Source: an uncultured Actinomycetes bacterium (GTDB lineage Bacteria; Actinomycetota; UBA4738; JBBDTT01). Taken from it: a stretch of 64,000 bases of DNA. Below, piece after piece: positions 29,931-41,003 of this stretch. The stretch spans positions 1 through 64,000 of the forward strand of contig CAVUMN010000004.1 of NCBI GenBank assembly GCA_963742735.1. The letters are read 5' to 3'. The notes beneath the pieces were generated by a model that was not told the origin of the DNA, ran no database searches, and worked only from the letters and a program-made list of their open reading frames with translations. The position numbers and the translations under genes were made by a program. Each line of letters starts with the position of its first letter. Within the stretch, counting starts at the first letter, position 1.

Positions 29931-31085
29931 TCAATCGATGCTCTCCTGCATGAGCGCTGCCAGCTCCTCCAGCGATGCCAGCGAGTTGCCGGCGAGGAAG
30001 TGGTCCACGTACGGGAGAGCCGCCTGCATCCCGCGCGTGAGCGGCTCGTAGTCGGGGTGCGCCTTGAGCGGATTGAGCCAGACGAGCCGATGGGCGCAGC
30101 GCCCGAGTCGGCCGAGCTCGCTTCCGAGCTGCGCCGGATCGCCGCGGTCCCAGCCATCTGACAGCAGCACCACGATCGCCCCGCGGCCCACGCGGCTGCC
30201 GTGCTCGCGGTTGAGGGTGGCCAGCGAGGCGCCGATGCGGGTGCCGCCCGACCAGTCCCCGACCCGCGCCGCCGCGCGATCGAGCGCCGCGTCCTGGTCG
30301 CGCCCGCGCAGCTCGGCCGTGACGCGCGTGAGCGAGGTGCCGAACACGAAGGCCTCGACGCGACGCCGCGCGCTCACGCAGGCCTGCATGTACTGGAGGA
30401 GCATCCGGGCGTAGGGCTCCATCGACCCGGACACGTCGCACACGAGCACGAGTGGCCGGGGCCGCTCGCCCGGGCGCCGCCAGTGGCGCTCCACGGGGTC
30501 GCCCTCGTACCGCAGCGAGCTGCGCATCGTCCTTCTCAGGTCGGGGCGAGCGCCGGCCGGCCGCTCTCCGCGGCGTGCGGGACGCAGGCGCCGGCTGCTG
30601 CGGGTGGGGCCGGACCCGGCGAGCCGGACCATCAGGCGGCGCGCCAGCCGCCTCTCGGCCTCCGTGTACTCGGCGAAGTCCTTCTCGCGCAGCAGCTCCA
30701 CGTCGGACCAGGCCGCCGGCACCGGCTCGAGCCGCGCATCGGCCGGGGCCGGCGGGCGCTCCTCCGCCGGCACGGCCACACGCGGCAGCACCAGCGAGGC
30801 CACGTCGGCCAGCGTCTCGGGCTCGTCCATCGGATCGACGGGCGGCGCGACGTCGGCCATCCACTCCGCGAAGGCGGCGTCGAACGCCTCCACGTCCTCA
30901 CGGCGGGAGCAGAGCACCGCGCGCAGCGCGAAGTAGGCGCCCCGCCGGTCGTCCGGGCCCACGGCGGCAAGCGCCTTGTGGGCGCGGAGAAGCTCCTCGA
31001 CGCCCACCCGCGCACCGGCCGCGCGCATCGCAGCGGTGAGCAGCGCCAGCCGGCCCGTCACGCGCAGCCCGAGTCGCTCAGACAC
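29931..31085 (-). CDS. coxE: CoxE-like VWA domain protein
   Basis: CDVSGSMEPY (MIDAS), WSGGTRIG, SDGWDRG, WLNPL. Confidence 0.92.
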   Translation of the reverse strand: MSERLGLRVTGRLALLTAAMRAAGARVGVEELLRAHKALAAVGPDDRRGAYFALRAVLCSRREDVEAFDAAFAEWMADVAPPVDPMDEPETLADVASLVLPRVAVPAEERPPAPADARLEPVPAAWSDVELLREKDFAEYTEAERRLARRLMVRLAGSGPTRSSRRLRPARRGERPAGARPDLRRTMRSSLRYEGDPVERHWRRPGERPRPLVLVCDVSGSMEPYARMLLQYMQACVSARRRVEAFVFGTSLTRVTAELRGRDQDAALDRAAARVGDWSGGTRIGASLATLNREHGSRVGRGAIVVLLSDGWDRGDPAQLGSELGRLGRCAHRLVWLNPLKAHPDYEPLTRGMQAALPYVDHFLAGNSLASLEELAALMQESID

Positions 31086-31899
31086 CCTCGAGCACCCTTC
31101 GCTCGCGCACGGCCTCTATGTCCTCCCGCACCTTCAGGGCGACTCCAAGGGTCCGCTCGAGCTCCGCGCCGTCGAGCGCCAGCAGCGCCTGTGCCCACGC
31201 GATCGTCTCCCCCACGCCGGGCAGCTTGTACAGGTCCTCCCCGCGCAGGCGCGCCACCGCGTCGCACACCCGCGCCGCGATCTCGTCCGGCACCCCGGGC
31301 AGCCGCGCGCGGACGATCTCCGCCTCCCGGTCGCGATCCGGGTAGTCGATCCAGTGGTAGAGGCAGCGGCGCTTGAGCGCGTCGTGCAGCTCGCGCGTGC
31401 GATTGGAGGTGAGGACGACCGTGGGCCGGTGCAGCGCGGTGACGGTGCCGAGCTCGGGGATGGTCACCTGGAAGTCCGAGAGCAGCTCGAGCAGGAACGC
31501 CTCGAACTCGTCGTCCGCGCGGTCGATCTCGTCGATCAGCAGCACCACCGGCTCGGGGTGGCGCAGCGCCTCGAGCAGCGGGCGGCGCAGGAGGAAGCGC
31601 TCGGAGTAGAGCTGCTCCTCGCCGCCCGCCCTCAGGTGGAGCAGCTGGCGCGGATAGTCCCAGTCGTAGAGGGCGTGGTGAAGGTCGATGCCCTCGTGGC
31701 ACTGAAGCCGCACGAGTGGCGCGCCGAGGGCGGCGGCCAGCGCCTTGGCCACCTCCGTCTTGCCCACGCCGGCCTCGCCCTCGAGGAGCAGCGGCTGTTC
31801 GAGCGCCAGGGCGAGATAGACCGCGGTGGACAGGCCCTCGTCCGCGAGGTAGCGCTCGCCCGCCAGCGCCCTGCCCGTGGCCTCCGGGCTGTCCAGCAT
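31078..31899 (-). CDS. coxD: CoxD-like MoxR AAA+ ATPase
   Basis: LEGEAGVGKT, LIDEIDRADDEFEAFLLE, TSNRTRELHDALKRRC. Confidence 0.92.
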   Translation of the reverse strand: MLDSPEATGRALAGERYLADEGLSTAVYLALALEQPLLLEGEAGVGKTEVAKALAAALGAPLVRLQCHEGIDLHHALYDWDYPRQLLHLRAGGEEQLYSERFLLRRPLLEALRHPEPVVLLIDEIDRADDEFEAFLLELLSDFQVTIPELGTVTALHRPTVVLTSNRTRELHDALKRRCLYHWIDYPDRDREAEIVRARLPGVPDEIAARVCDAVARLRGEDLYKLPGVGETIAWAQALLALDGAELERTLGVALKVREDIEAVRERRVLEGV

Positions 31900-31912
31900 C
31901 AAACCTCGCCGG

Positions 31913-32761
31913 TCACGCGGCGCGGCCCGCGGCAGCCTCGAGCGCGCGCCGGGCCAGCACGCGGGCGAGGTGGCGCTTGTAGTCGGGTGTGGCGTTGGCG
32001 TCCCCGGGCGGCTCTGTGCCGTCGGCGGCCTGCTCGGCGGCCGCCGCGATCCGCTCGGCGTCGAGCGGGCCTCCGCGCAGCGCGTCCTCGGCCGCGGTGG
32101 CGCGCAGCGGCGTGGAGGCCATGTGCGTGAGCCCTATGCGCACGTCCTCGCAGACTCCTCCGGACGCCTTCACGAGCGCCACCACGCCGACCATCGCCCA
32201 GTCCTCGGCGCGACGGGTGAACTTCTCGTAGCCCCAGCCGTAGCCGTCCATCGCCGGCACGTTCACGCTCGTGAGCACCTCGCCGGGATCGAGCGTGGTG
32301 GTGAGGTAGTCCTGGAACAGGTCGGCCGCCGCAATCTCGCGCTCGCCGCCCGCGCCGCGGGCGGTCACCGACCCGTCCAGCGCGAGCACCACGCCCGGCA
32401 GGTCGGACGCCGGATCGCCGTGCGCCAGCGAGCCGCCGATCGTGCCGCGGTTGCGCACCTGCTGATCCGCGATCTGCGCCGCCGCCTTGGCGACGACCCC
32501 CAGCTCCTCGCTGTCCTGGAGCGCGGCATGCGTGGTCAGGGCTCCGATCCGCCAGGAGCCGTTGTCGCGCCGCACGCCGCGCAGCTCCTCGATGCCGCCG
32601 ATGTCCACCAGCAGCGTCGGCGCCGCCAGGCGCAGCTTCATCAAGGGGAGCAGCGAGTGGCCACCGGCCAACAGCTTGGCGTCCTCGTCGCCTCCCGCCA
32701 GGGCGCTCAGCGCCGATTCGACGCTGTCCGCACGCACGTACTCGAACTCAGCGGGGATCAT
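31913..32761 (-). CDS. coxM: Xanthine dehydrogenase/CODH family FAD subunit (CoxM-like)
   Basis: [35 protein letters not shown]. Confidence 0.92.
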   Translation of the reverse strand: MIPAEFEYVRADSVESALSALAGGDEDAKLLAGGHSLLPLMKLRLAAPTLLVDIGGIEELRGVRRDNGSWRIGALTTHAALQDSEELGVVAKAAAQIADQQVRNRGTIGGSLAHGDPASDLPGVVLALDGSVTARGAGGEREIAAADLFQDYLTTTLDPGEVLTSVNVPAMDGYGWGYEKFTRRAEDWAMVGVVALVKASGGVCEDVRIGLTHMASTPLRATAAEDALRGGPLDAERIAAAAEQAADGTEPPGDANATPDYKRHLARVLARRALEAAAGRAA

Positions 32762-35190
32762 CCGGCACCTCCTTCGTCCGGGCTGCTGGGGCCGCTGCCG
32801 GCGGACCCCTTGCCGTGCTCGCCCAGCGAGGGCGGGCCGCCTCCGTTCCCACCGCCGTGGATCGCCTCCCACACACGCATCGGCGTGAGCGGCATGTCGA
32901 TCCAGCTCACGCCGAGCGGCTCGAGCGCGTCGAGCACGGCCGCCGTGACCGCCGGCGTGGCGGCGATGGTGCCCGCCTCCCCGATGCCCTTCACGCCGAG
33001 CGAGTTGACGGGCGACGGCGTCTCGGTGCGGTCGGTCTCGAAGCTCGGCACCTCGGCCGCGGTGGGCAGCGCGTAGTCCACGAAGGTGCCCGTCACGAGC
33101 TGGCCGTCCTCGTCGTAGACGATCTGCTCGTAGAGGGCCTGGCCGATCGCGTGGACGATGCCGCCGTGCACCTGACCGTCGATCAGCATCGGGTTGATCG
33201 CGGGCCCGCAGTCGTCCACCGCCACGTAGCGCACGACCTTGACCTTGCCTGTCTCCACGTCCACGTCCACCACGCAGGCGTGCGCGCCGAACGGGAACAC
33301 GAAGTTCTCCGGGTCGTAGAACGAGTTCTCCTCGAGCCCCGGCTCGATCTCGGTGGGGAGCTCGTTGGGCGGCACGTGGGCCGCGAAGGAGATCTCGGCC
33401 ATGGTCATCGACTTGTCGGGGGAGCCGCGCACCTGGAACTTGCCGTCGGCGAGCTCGATGTCGTCGGGCGAAGCCTCGAGCAGCGCCGCACAGATGCGCT
33501 TGGCCTTCAGCTGCACCTTCTCCGCGGCCTTGGCCACGGCCTCGCCGCCCACCGAGAGCGAGCGCGAGCCGTAGGTGCCCCAGCCCCAGGGCCCCTGGTC
33601 GGTGTCGCCGTGGATCACGTCCACGTTCTCGGGGTCGATGCCAAGCCGGTCGGCTGCGATCTGCGCGAAGCTCGTGTCGAGCCCCTGGCCGTGGGGCGAG
33701 GTGCCCGTGAACACCGTGGCTGAGCCTGACGGGTGCACGCGCACCATGGCGGACTCCCAGAAGGCCGCCTGCAGGCCCACCCCCTGCGGCCCGACGGCGC
33801 GTGAGGGCGCCAGGCCGCACACCTCCACCCAGGTGGAGAAGCCCACGCCGCGGTGGATGCCCTTCTCGCGCAGCTCGGCCTGCTCGCGCCGGAACGCGTC
33901 GAGGTCGAAGTTCTGGAGCAGACGGTCGAGCGACCCGTGGTAGTCGCCGGAGTCGTAGACGATGCCGAGCGGCGTCTCGTAAGGGAACTCCTCCTTGGGG
34001 ATGAAGTTCTTGCGCCGCAGCTCGAGCGGATCCATTCCCAGCTCACGGGCGAGCTTGTCCATTGTCAGCTCGATCCAATAGGTGGCCTCCGGCCGGCCCG
34101 CGCCACGGATCGCGTCGGTGGGCATCTTGTTCGTGAACACGCCCGTGAAGTGCAGGTCGATGGCCGGCAGCTTGTAACAGCCGCCCATCACGGGGAAGCC
34201 GAGCTCGGGGATGAACGGGGTGAGCAGCTGCTGGTACGCGCCGAGGTCGGCCACGATGCGGGCCTTCACTCCGGTGAGCGTGCCGTCCCGCTTCGCGCCC
34301 AGCGTCACGTGCGCTACCTGGTCACGGCCGTGGTGCGAGGTGCTCATGTGCTCCGAGCGCGACTCCGTCCACTTGACCGCCCGGCCCAGGCGCCTGGCCA
34401 GCGCGAGCACGAGAGCCTCCTCCGCGTAGACCTGGAGCTTGGCTCCGAAGCCGCCGCCCACGTCGGGCGCCACCACGCGGATCTTGTCCTCGGGCATGTC
34501 GAGCATCCCGGCCAGCAGCAGACGCGCGATGTGGGGGATCTGGGTGGAGGAGTAAAGGGTGAGGCTCTCCCCGCGCGGCTCGCCGATCGATCCGCGCGGC
34601 TCGATCGGAGCGCCGGAGGTCCGGTGGTTGGACACGCGCTGCTCCACCACCACGTCCGCCTCCGCCAGCGCCGCCGCGATGTCGCCACCGCCCACGGCCC
34701 ACTCGTGCGTCTTGTTCGTGCCGAACTCGTCCCACACGAGCGGCGAGCCGTCCTCGAGCGCCTTCTCCGGGTCAACCACGGCGGGCAGCGCGTCGTACTC
34801 GACGATCACGTCCTCGGCCGCGTCCACCGCCACGTAGCGGTCGACGGCGACCACCACGGCCACCGGGTCGCCCACGTGCTTCACGGCGCCGCGCTTGACC
34901 GGCCAGTGGTCCGGGGTCTTGATCTCCACGCCGGGCGGGTCCCAAGCCATAGGGAGCCCCGACGCGAAGTCGCCGGCGAGGTCCTCGCCCGTGAAGACGG
35001 CCACGACGCCGGGGTGGTCCTCGGCAGCCGACTTGTCGATCGAGACGATCGTGGCGTGCGCCTCCGGCGAGCGGACGATCGCGGCGTGGAGCATGCCCGG
35101 CAGGGCGATGTCGTCCACGTAGTTGGCCCGCCCGGAGATCATCCGGGGGTCCTCCTTGCGCTTCATTGCCTGGCCGACGTAGGTGGTCAT
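32758..35190 (-). CDS. Molybdopterin-binding large subunit, form II CoxL-like (not form I CODH)
   Basis: [26 protein letters not shown] active-site loop, HGQG, GSRS, GQVHGG, KGIGEAG. Confidence 0.92.
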   Translation of the reverse strand: MTTYVGQAMKRKEDPRMISGRANYVDDIALPGMLHAAIVRSPEAHATIVSIDKSAAEDHPGVVAVFTGEDLAGDFASGLPMAWDPPGVEIKTPDHWPVKRGAVKHVGDPVAVVVAVDRYVAVDAAEDVIVEYDALPAVVDPEKALEDGSPLVWDEFGTNKTHEWAVGGGDIAAALAEADVVVEQRVSNHRTSGAPIEPRGSIGEPRGESLTLYSSTQIPHIARLLLAGMLDMPEDKIRVVAPDVGGGFGAKLQVYAEEALVLALARRLGRAVKWTESRSEHMSTSHHGRDQVAHVTLGAKRDGTLTGVKARIVADLGAYQQLLTPFIPELGFPVMGGCYKLPAIDLHFTGVFTNKMPTDAIRGAGRPEATYWIELTMDKLARELGMDPLELRRKNFIPKEEFPYETPLGIVYDSGDYHGSLDRLLQNFDLDAFRREQAELREKGIHRGVGFSTWVEVCGLAPSRAVGPQGVGLQAAFWESAMVRVHPSGSATVFTGTSPHGQGLDTSFAQIAADRLGIDPENVDVIHGDTDQGPWGWGTYGSRSLSVGGEAVAKAAEKVQLKAKRICAALLEASPDDIELADGKFQVRGSPDKSMTMAEISFAAHVPPNELPTEIEPGLEENSFYDPENFVFPFGAHACVVDVDVETGKVKVVRYVAVDDCGPAINPMLIDGQVHGGIVHAIGQALYEQIVYDEDGQLVTGTFVDYALPTAAEVPSFETDRTETPSPVNSLGVKGIGEAGTIAATPAVTAAVLDALEPLGVSWIDMPLTPMRVWEAIHGGGNGGGPPSLGEHGKGSAGSGPSSPDEGGAG

Positions 35191-35672
35191 GCGTGCGCTC
35201 CGCTCTCGGCCGCCGCGAGCACCGCTTTGACGATGTTGTGGTAGCCCGTACAGCGGCAGAGGTTGCCCTCGAGACCGTGGCGCACGTCCTCCTCGGAGGG
35301 ATTGGGGTTGCGCGCCAGCAGGTCGGCCGCGGCCATGATCATCCCGGGCGTGCAGAAGCCGCACTGGAGGCCGTGCTGCTCCCAGAACGCCTGCTGCAGC
35401 GGGTGCAGGGCGCCGTTGCCCTTGGGGGCCATCCCCTCGATCGTCGTGACCTCCGCCCCATCGGCCTGGACCGCCAGCACGGTGCAGCTCTTGACGGCCT
35501 GGCCGTTCAGGTGAACGGTGCAGGCACCGCAGTTGGTCGTGTCGCAGCCCACGTGCGTGCCGGTGAGGCCCAGCTCGTCGCGCAGCCAGTGCACCAGGAG
35601 GAGCCGGGGGTCGACCTCGGCCTCCCGCGTCTCTCCGTTGACGCTCGCCTGCACCGGGACGGTCGTACTCAT
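35187..35672 (-). CDS. coxS: 2Fe-2S small subunit (CoxS-like)
   Basis: [28 protein letters not shown]. Confidence 0.93.
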   Translation of the reverse strand: MSTTVPVQASVNGETREAEVDPRLLLVHWLRDELGLTGTHVGCDTTNCGACTVHLNGQAVKSCTVLAVQADGAEVTTIEGMAPKGNGALHPLQQAFWEQHGLQCGFCTPGMIMAAADLLARNPNPSEEDVRHGLEGNLCRCTGYHNIVKAVLAAAESGAHA

Positions 35673-35730
35673 CCTTCCTCCCTCGCTCGACTCCTCCTGG
35701 CGCTGATGCTAATCCAACGGGATATCCTCG

Positions 35731-36624
35731 GTGACCATGCCGGAGAGTCGGACCCGCCAGTTCCGGTACGACGGTCACCGGCTCGTGTACGACGAGTACG
35801 GATCGGGCGACCGGACCGTGCTGCTGCTCCCACCGCTGCTGTTCTCGCGGAAGATCCACCGACCGCTCGCGGAGACGCTGGCCGAGCGCGGTCACCGCGT
35901 CCTTTGTCTCGACCTGCTCGGGCACGGCGACTCCGACCGGCCGCCCGAGATGGGCAACTACTCGATGCAGATCTTCGCGCGCCAGGGGATCGGGCTGCTC
36001 GACCACCTGGACATCTCGCGCGCGGTGGTGGGCGGGCCGTCGCTCGGCGCCAACGCGTCGCTCGAGGTCGCGGCCGCCGCGCCCGACCGCGTACGCGGCC
36101 TCCTGATCCAGATGCCCGTGCTCGACAACGCCCTGCTCGGCTGCGCGCTCGCGTTCACCCCTCTGCTCGTGGGCCTCACCTTCGGGGCGCCGGTGGCGCG
36201 GCTGGCGGGGTTCGGCGCCGGGCTGGTGCCACGCGGGCTATCTCACCTCGGTGACTCGATGCTCGACTGGGTGGCCCAGGATCCGAAGCCCTCGGCGTCG
36301 GTGCTCCAGGGCCTCTTCTTCGGGCGCGTCGCGCCTCCGGCGGACGAGCGCAGGACGATGCGCCAGCCGACGCTCGTGATCGGCCACCGGCGTGACCCGG
36401 TGCATCCGTTCAACGACTCGGACATGCTCATCCACGAGCTGCCGAACGCACGGCTGATCGAGGCCAACTCGATCATGGAACTCTGGACGACACCGGAGCG
36501 CCTGACCGGCGAGATCGTGCCGTTCATCGAGCAGTGCTTCCGCAGCCGCCGGTCCACGGCACCGCGCCGGCCGCCCGGCACGGCCAAGCGCGGCGGCCAG
36601 CCCGCCAGGCGCCGCTCCGCCTAG
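35731..36624 (+). CDS. Alpha/beta hydrolase
   Basis: DLLGHGDS, GGPSLGAN nucleophile elbow. Confidence 0.88.
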   Translation: MTMPESRTRQFRYDGHRLVYDEYGSGDRTVLLLPPLLFSRKIHRPLAETLAERGHRVLCLDLLGHGDSDRPPEMGNYSMQIFARQGIGLLDHLDISRAVVGGPSLGANASLEVAAAAPDRVRGLLIQMPVLDNALLGCALAFTPLLVGLTFGAPVARLAGFGAGLVPRGLSHLGDSMLDWVAQDPKPSASVLQGLFFGRVAPPADERRTMRQPTLVIGHRRDPVHPFNDSDMLIHELPNARLIEANSIMELWTTPERLTGEIVPFIEQCFRSRRSTAPRRPPGTAKRGGQPARRRSA

Positions 36625-36660
36625 GCGGATCCGGCCGCCCGATCACTACGCTTCCCCGCC

Positions 36661-37374
36661 GTGTCCAGCAGACGTGAGCAGAAGGAGGCGCTCCGGCGCG
36701 AACGCGAGGAGCGTGAGCGCCAGGCCAAGGCCGCCCAGGCGCGCAAGCGGATGGTGGGCTACGGCGGCGGCTTCGTGCTCGTGCTGGCTGTCCTGGCGGT
36801 GGTGGTCTTCGTGCTCGCCGGCGGCGAAAGCGACTCCGGCAACGTGGATCCGAACGTGCTCCCGAGCGGCGGATCGGTCTCGGAGCAGGAGGAGTTCGAC
36901 CTGACGAAGGCCGCGGCGGCGGCCGGCTGCGAGCTCAAGGACGTGAAGGCGTCCGGTTCCTTCGACCACACCACCGATCCCAGCGAGCGGGTGAAGTACA
37001 ACTCGAACCCGCCGACGTCCGGACGCCACTTCGCCGTCCCGGTGGACGACGGCGCGTACAGCACCTCGCCGACCGACGAGCAGCTCGTGCACAACCTGGA
37101 GCACGGCCGCGTGATCATCTGGTTCAAGCCGAGCCTGCCCAAGGACACCCGCGCGGACCTCAAGGCGCTTTTCGACGAGGACACCTACCAGATGGTCCTC
37201 ACGCCGCGGGCGAAGATGCCCTACCAGGTCGCGGCGAGTGCCTGGAACGGGACTCCCGAGCCGAGCGGCCTCGGCCGGCTGCTCACCTGCGACACCGCCA
37301 CCCCGGAGATGTGGGACGCGCTGCGCGCGTTCCGCGACGAGCACCGCTCGAACGGCCCCGAGCCGGTTCCCTAG
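36661..37374 (+). CDS. DUF3105 membrane-anchored protein
   Basis: N-terminal TM; YNSNPPTSGRH, VHNLEHG, GPEPVP. Confidence 0.85.
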   Translation: MSSRREQKEALRREREERERQAKAAQARKRMVGYGGGFVLVLAVLAVVVFVLAGGESDSGNVDPNVLPSGGSVSEQEEFDLTKAAAAAGCELKDVKASGSFDHTTDPSERVKYNSNPPTSGRHFAVPVDDGAYSTSPTDEQLVHNLEHGRVIIWFKPSLPKDTRADLKALFDEDTYQMVLTPRAKMPYQVAASAWNGTPEPSGLGRLLTCDTATPEMWDALRAFRDEHRSNGPEPVP

Positions 37375-37467
37375 CGCGCCCCGCGCTGCGAGCGCGCTTG
37401 CAGCAGGCCGTTCTGCACGACATCGCCCGGCCCGCAACCGCACGCCTGGCACCGTGTTCGGTGAGGA

Positions 37468-39204
37468 GTGAAGCGACTGGCCACACTGTGCGTGCCGGGG
37501 ATCGCGCTACTGCTGTTCGTCGTCGCCCCGGCGCTCAGCGCGGAGCGCTGGCAGCCCGATCCCGTCGACTTCGAGCTGGAGCCCGCGCAGACCCAGGTGT
37601 CGGCCGCCCGGAGCGGCCGCGTGCTCTCACCGGCTCTGCGCGCCCCGCGCCGCTTCAACCTGGTCGGGCTGCGCTGGCGTGGCCGCGCCGAGCCGCGCCT
37701 GACCGTGAGGGTGCGGCGCGACGGACGGCCCTGGAGCCGCTGGCAGGCGCTCGACGCCCACGCGGACCACAATCCCGACCCGCGAAGCGGCGAGCGCTCC
37801 GTGGCGGCCTCCGATCCGCTCTGGGTCGGCGAGGCCGACCAGGTGCAGTACGCGCTCAGCCGCCCCGTGCCCGGCCTGCGCCTGCACTTCGTGAACGTGA
37901 ACGGCACCGCCACGGCGGCCGAGCGGGTGACCACCGCCCTGCGGCGCGCGGCCAACACGGCGGTGAGCACCGCGGCGGCTGCTCTCGGGAGCGCCGACGC
38001 CCACGCCCAGGGCGATCAGCCCGCGGTGGTCTCGCGCAGGGAGTGGGGCGCCCGCAAGTGCCCGCCACGGGAAGCGCCCTCGTACGGCGTGGTGCGCGCC
38101 GCCTACGTGCACCACACCGTGTCCCTGAACGACTACTCGCCGGCTGAGGCGCCGGGCATCGTGCTCGCGATCTGCCGCTACCACCGCTACTCGAACGGCT
38201 GGAACGACGTCGGCTACCAGGCGCTGGTGGACAAGTACGGCGTGCTCTACGAGGGCCGGGCCGGCGGCCTCGACAGGCCAGTGCTCGGCGCGCACGCCCA
38301 GGGCTTCAATGCCCAGAGCACCGGGATAGCGAGCATCGGCGACAACAGCTCGGTGGGGCTGTCCGACACGGCGCTCGACGCGCTTGCCGGCTACATCCGC
38401 TGGAAGCTCACGCTTCACGGCCAGCCCCTCAGCGGGCAGACCACGCTCGTGAGCGCCGGCGGCGCCACGAGCCGCTACGGCGGCGGCGCCCGGGTGCGCG
38501 TTCCGCGGGTGCTCGGCCACCGCGACACCAACAGCACCGCCTGCCCGGGGTCGGCTCTCTACTACCAGCTCGACGACCTGCGCGCCCGCGTGTCCACCGG
38601 CGAGCCGCTGCCGGGACTGGCCACGTTCCTGTCCGCGTCGCTGTCGCGCTCGCGGGTCCGGTACCGGCGGGCGGTCACGGTCACCGGCACGCTGACCTCC
38701 AACGAGCTCGCCCCGATCGCCGCGCAGCCGGTGCGCCTGCAGGTGCTGCGCGGCGGGCGCTGGCGCACGCTGGCGGAGCCCGTGACCGACGTGGCCGGCG
38801 CCTGGAGCGCGACCGTGACGCCGCAGGGCACGAGGATCCTGCGCGCCACCTACGCCGGCGACGGGCTCTGGCGGCGCAGCTTCAGCCCGGAGCAGGTGGT
38901 GCGAGTGGTGCCGCTGGTGCAGCTCGACGCCACCTCCGCGCTCGCGGTGCGCGGGCGCCCGGTGGGCGTGCGCGGACACGTGACCCCGCGAAAGCGACGC
39001 GTCTACCAGGTGCTCCAGCAGCGCATCCGCGGCGTCTACAGGCAGGTGGGGGTGCGCTCGGTCCGGGTGCGCTCGGGACGCTTCCGGAGCTCCTTCACGC
39101 CGAGCTTCGCGGGCCTCTACCGCGTGTACGTGCTCGCCGCGGCCGACTCCGCCACCGACCGCGGCCGCTCGCCGCTGCATGTGGTGCGGGTGGCGCGGCG
39201 GTAG
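37468..39204 (+). CDS. Secreted N-acetylmuramoyl-L-alanine amidase (Amidase_2/PGRP-like) with C-terminal beta domains
   Basis: VHHTV, YH..GWNDVGY, GAHAQGFN, GHRD..TACPG. Confidence 0.92.
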   Translation: MKRLATLCVPGIALLLFVVAPALSAERWQPDPVDFELEPAQTQVSAARSGRVLSPALRAPRRFNLVGLRWRGRAEPRLTVRVRRDGRPWSRWQALDAHADHNPDPRSGERSVAASDPLWVGEADQVQYALSRPVPGLRLHFVNVNGTATAAERVTTALRRAANTAVSTAAAALGSADAHAQGDQPAVVSRREWGARKCPPREAPSYGVVRAAYVHHTVSLNDYSPAEAPGIVLAICRYHRYSNGWNDVGYQALVDKYGVLYEGRAGGLDRPVLGAHAQGFNAQSTGIASIGDNSSVGLSDTALDALAGYIRWKLTLHGQPLSGQTTLVSAGGATSRYGGGARVRVPRVLGHRDTNSTACPGSALYYQLDDLRARVSTGEPLPGLATFLSASLSRSRVRYRRAVTVTGTLTSNELAPIAAQPVRLQVLRGGRWRTLAEPVTDVAGAWSATVTPQGTRILRATYAGDGLWRRSFSPEQVVRVVPLVQLDATSALAVRGRPVGVRGHVTPRKRRVYQVLQQRIRGVYRQVGVRSVRVRSGRFRSSFTPSFAGLYRVYVLAAADSATDRGRSPLHVVRVARR

Positions 39205-39211
39205 GGATGTG

Positions 39212-39796
39212 TCAGTCCCAGCCCTGCCGCAGGGTCTCTGAGTAGAGCCCTCGGCCCGTCAGCAGCAGCCGCGCCGTGCGCGCCAGGATCTTCAGGTCCA
39301 GCAGCAGCGAGCGGTTGTCCACGTACCAGACGTCGAGCTCGATCCGCTCGGGCCAGGGCAGCGACGCCCGCCCGTGCACCTGCGCCCAGCCCGTGATGCC
39401 CGGCTTGACCTCGAGCCGGCGGCGCTGGCGGTCGGTGTAGCGGTCCACCTGCTCCTGGACCGTCGGGCGCGGGCCCACCATGGCCATCTCGCCGCGCAGG
39501 ACGTTCACCAGGTTCGGCAGCTCGTCGAGCGAGAAGCGGCGCAGCATCCGCCCGGCCCGCGTGATGCGCGGATCGCCCTCGAGCACGTAGATCCCGGCGC
39601 CCATCGCCTCGGCTCCGGAAACCATGGTGCGCAGCTTCCAGAGGTCGAACGGCCGGCCGTCGAGGCCCACGCGGCGCTGACGGAACACCACCGGCCCGCG
39701 CGACTCGATCCTGATCAGGATCGCCGCCACGGCGAGCACCGGAGCCGCCACGGCGAGCGCGAGCGCCGCCAGGACCGTGTCGAGGGCCCGGCTCAA
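39212..39796 (-). CDS. Bacterial sugar transferase (priming phosphoglycosyl transferase)
   Basis: FRQRRVG, KLRTM, SLDELP, VGPRP, KPGITGWAQ, DVWYV. Confidence 0.95.
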   Translation of the reverse strand: MSRALDTVLAALALAVAAPVLAVAAILIRIESRGPVVFRQRRVGLDGRPFDLWKLRTMVSGAEAMGAGIYVLEGDPRITRAGRMLRRFSLDELPNLVNVLRGEMAMVGPRPTVQEQVDRYTDRQRRRLEVKPGITGWAQVHGRASLPWPERIELDVWYVDNRSLLLDLKILARTARLLLTGRGLYSETLRQGWD

Positions 39797-39820
39797 GGCG
39801 CACTACCGTTGCGCCCGCGC

Positions 39821-41003
39821 ATGCGGATCCTGTACCTGCACCAGTTCTTCATCACGCGGGCGGGCGTGGGTGGCACGCGCTCATACGAGTTCGCGCGCCG
39901 GTTCGTGGACCGCGGACACGCGGTGCGGATGGTAACCGCGGCCTCCGGCAGCAGCGAGGTGGACGGCATCCAGGTGGTGGGGGCGCGCGGCGGCTACGCC
40001 GACTACGTGAGCGCCACGGCCACCTCCTATCCGCGTCGGATGCTGGCCTTCGCGCGCTTTGCCGTGGCCGCCTCGCTGCACGCATTGCGCGGGCCGCGTC
40101 CCGACGTGGTCTATGCCACCTCGCCGCCGCTCACGATCGCGCTGCCCGCGCTGCTGGCCGCCGCCCGTCACCGCGCGCCGCTGGTGTTCGAGGTGCGCGA
40201 CCTCTGGCCGGAGGCCCCGATCCAGATGGGCGCCCTGCGCAATCCGCTCGCCCGGCGCCTCGCACGCGCGCTCGAGCGCTTCGTCTATCGCGCGCAGCGC
40301 TCGCGTGATCGCCCTCTCGCCGGGCATCCGCGACGGCATCGCTGCGGCCGGCGTGGACCCGGCCCGGATCGTGCTGGCGCCGAACGCCGCCGACCTGGAG
40401 CTTTTCTCCCCGGCGCTCGACCGCGACACCGAACGCGCCCGGCTCGGGCTCGGCAACGGCTTCGTGTGCAGCTACTTCGGCACGCTCGGCGAGGCCAACG
40501 ACCTCTCGCAGGTGGTGCGCGCCGCGCCCCTGGTGGACGGCGTGACGTTTGTGCTCCTGGGCGGCGGCAAGCAGCGCGCGGAGCTGGAGCGCGAGGCGCG
40601 AGCTCTCGGCGCCGGCAACGTGGTCTTCCTGGACCCGACGCCCGACAAGACCACGGTGGCCCGCCTGGCCGCGGCGTCGGACGCTTGCCTCACGATCTTC
40701 AAGGACGTGCCCGTGCTGGCCACCAACTCGCCCAACAAGCTGTTCGACACCTTCGCGGCGGGCCGGCCGGCGATCGTTAACCAGGCCGGCTGGATGCGCG
40801 AGCTCGTGGAGAGCAACGAGGCCGGCCTGTTCGTGCGCCCGGGCGACCCCGGCGATCTGGCCGCCAAGGTCGCCTGGCTGCGCGACCACCCGCGGGAGGC
40901 CGAGCGCTACGGCCGCAACGCGCGCGCGCTGGCGGAGCGGGAGTTCGACCGCGAGGCGCTCGCGGCCCGCGTGCTGGCGGTGCTGGAGGAGGAGGCGGAC
41001 TGA
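39821..41003 (+). CDS. Glycosyltransferase family 4 (WbuB-like), frameshift near 40290
   Basis: MRILYLHQFF..GGTRSYEFA, TSPPL, EVRDLWPE, NSPNKLFD. Confidence 0.9.

Noticed and set aside
32758-35190. Aerobic CO dehydrogenase (form I coxL)
   Set aside because: Lacks the AYxCSFR Cu-binding motif
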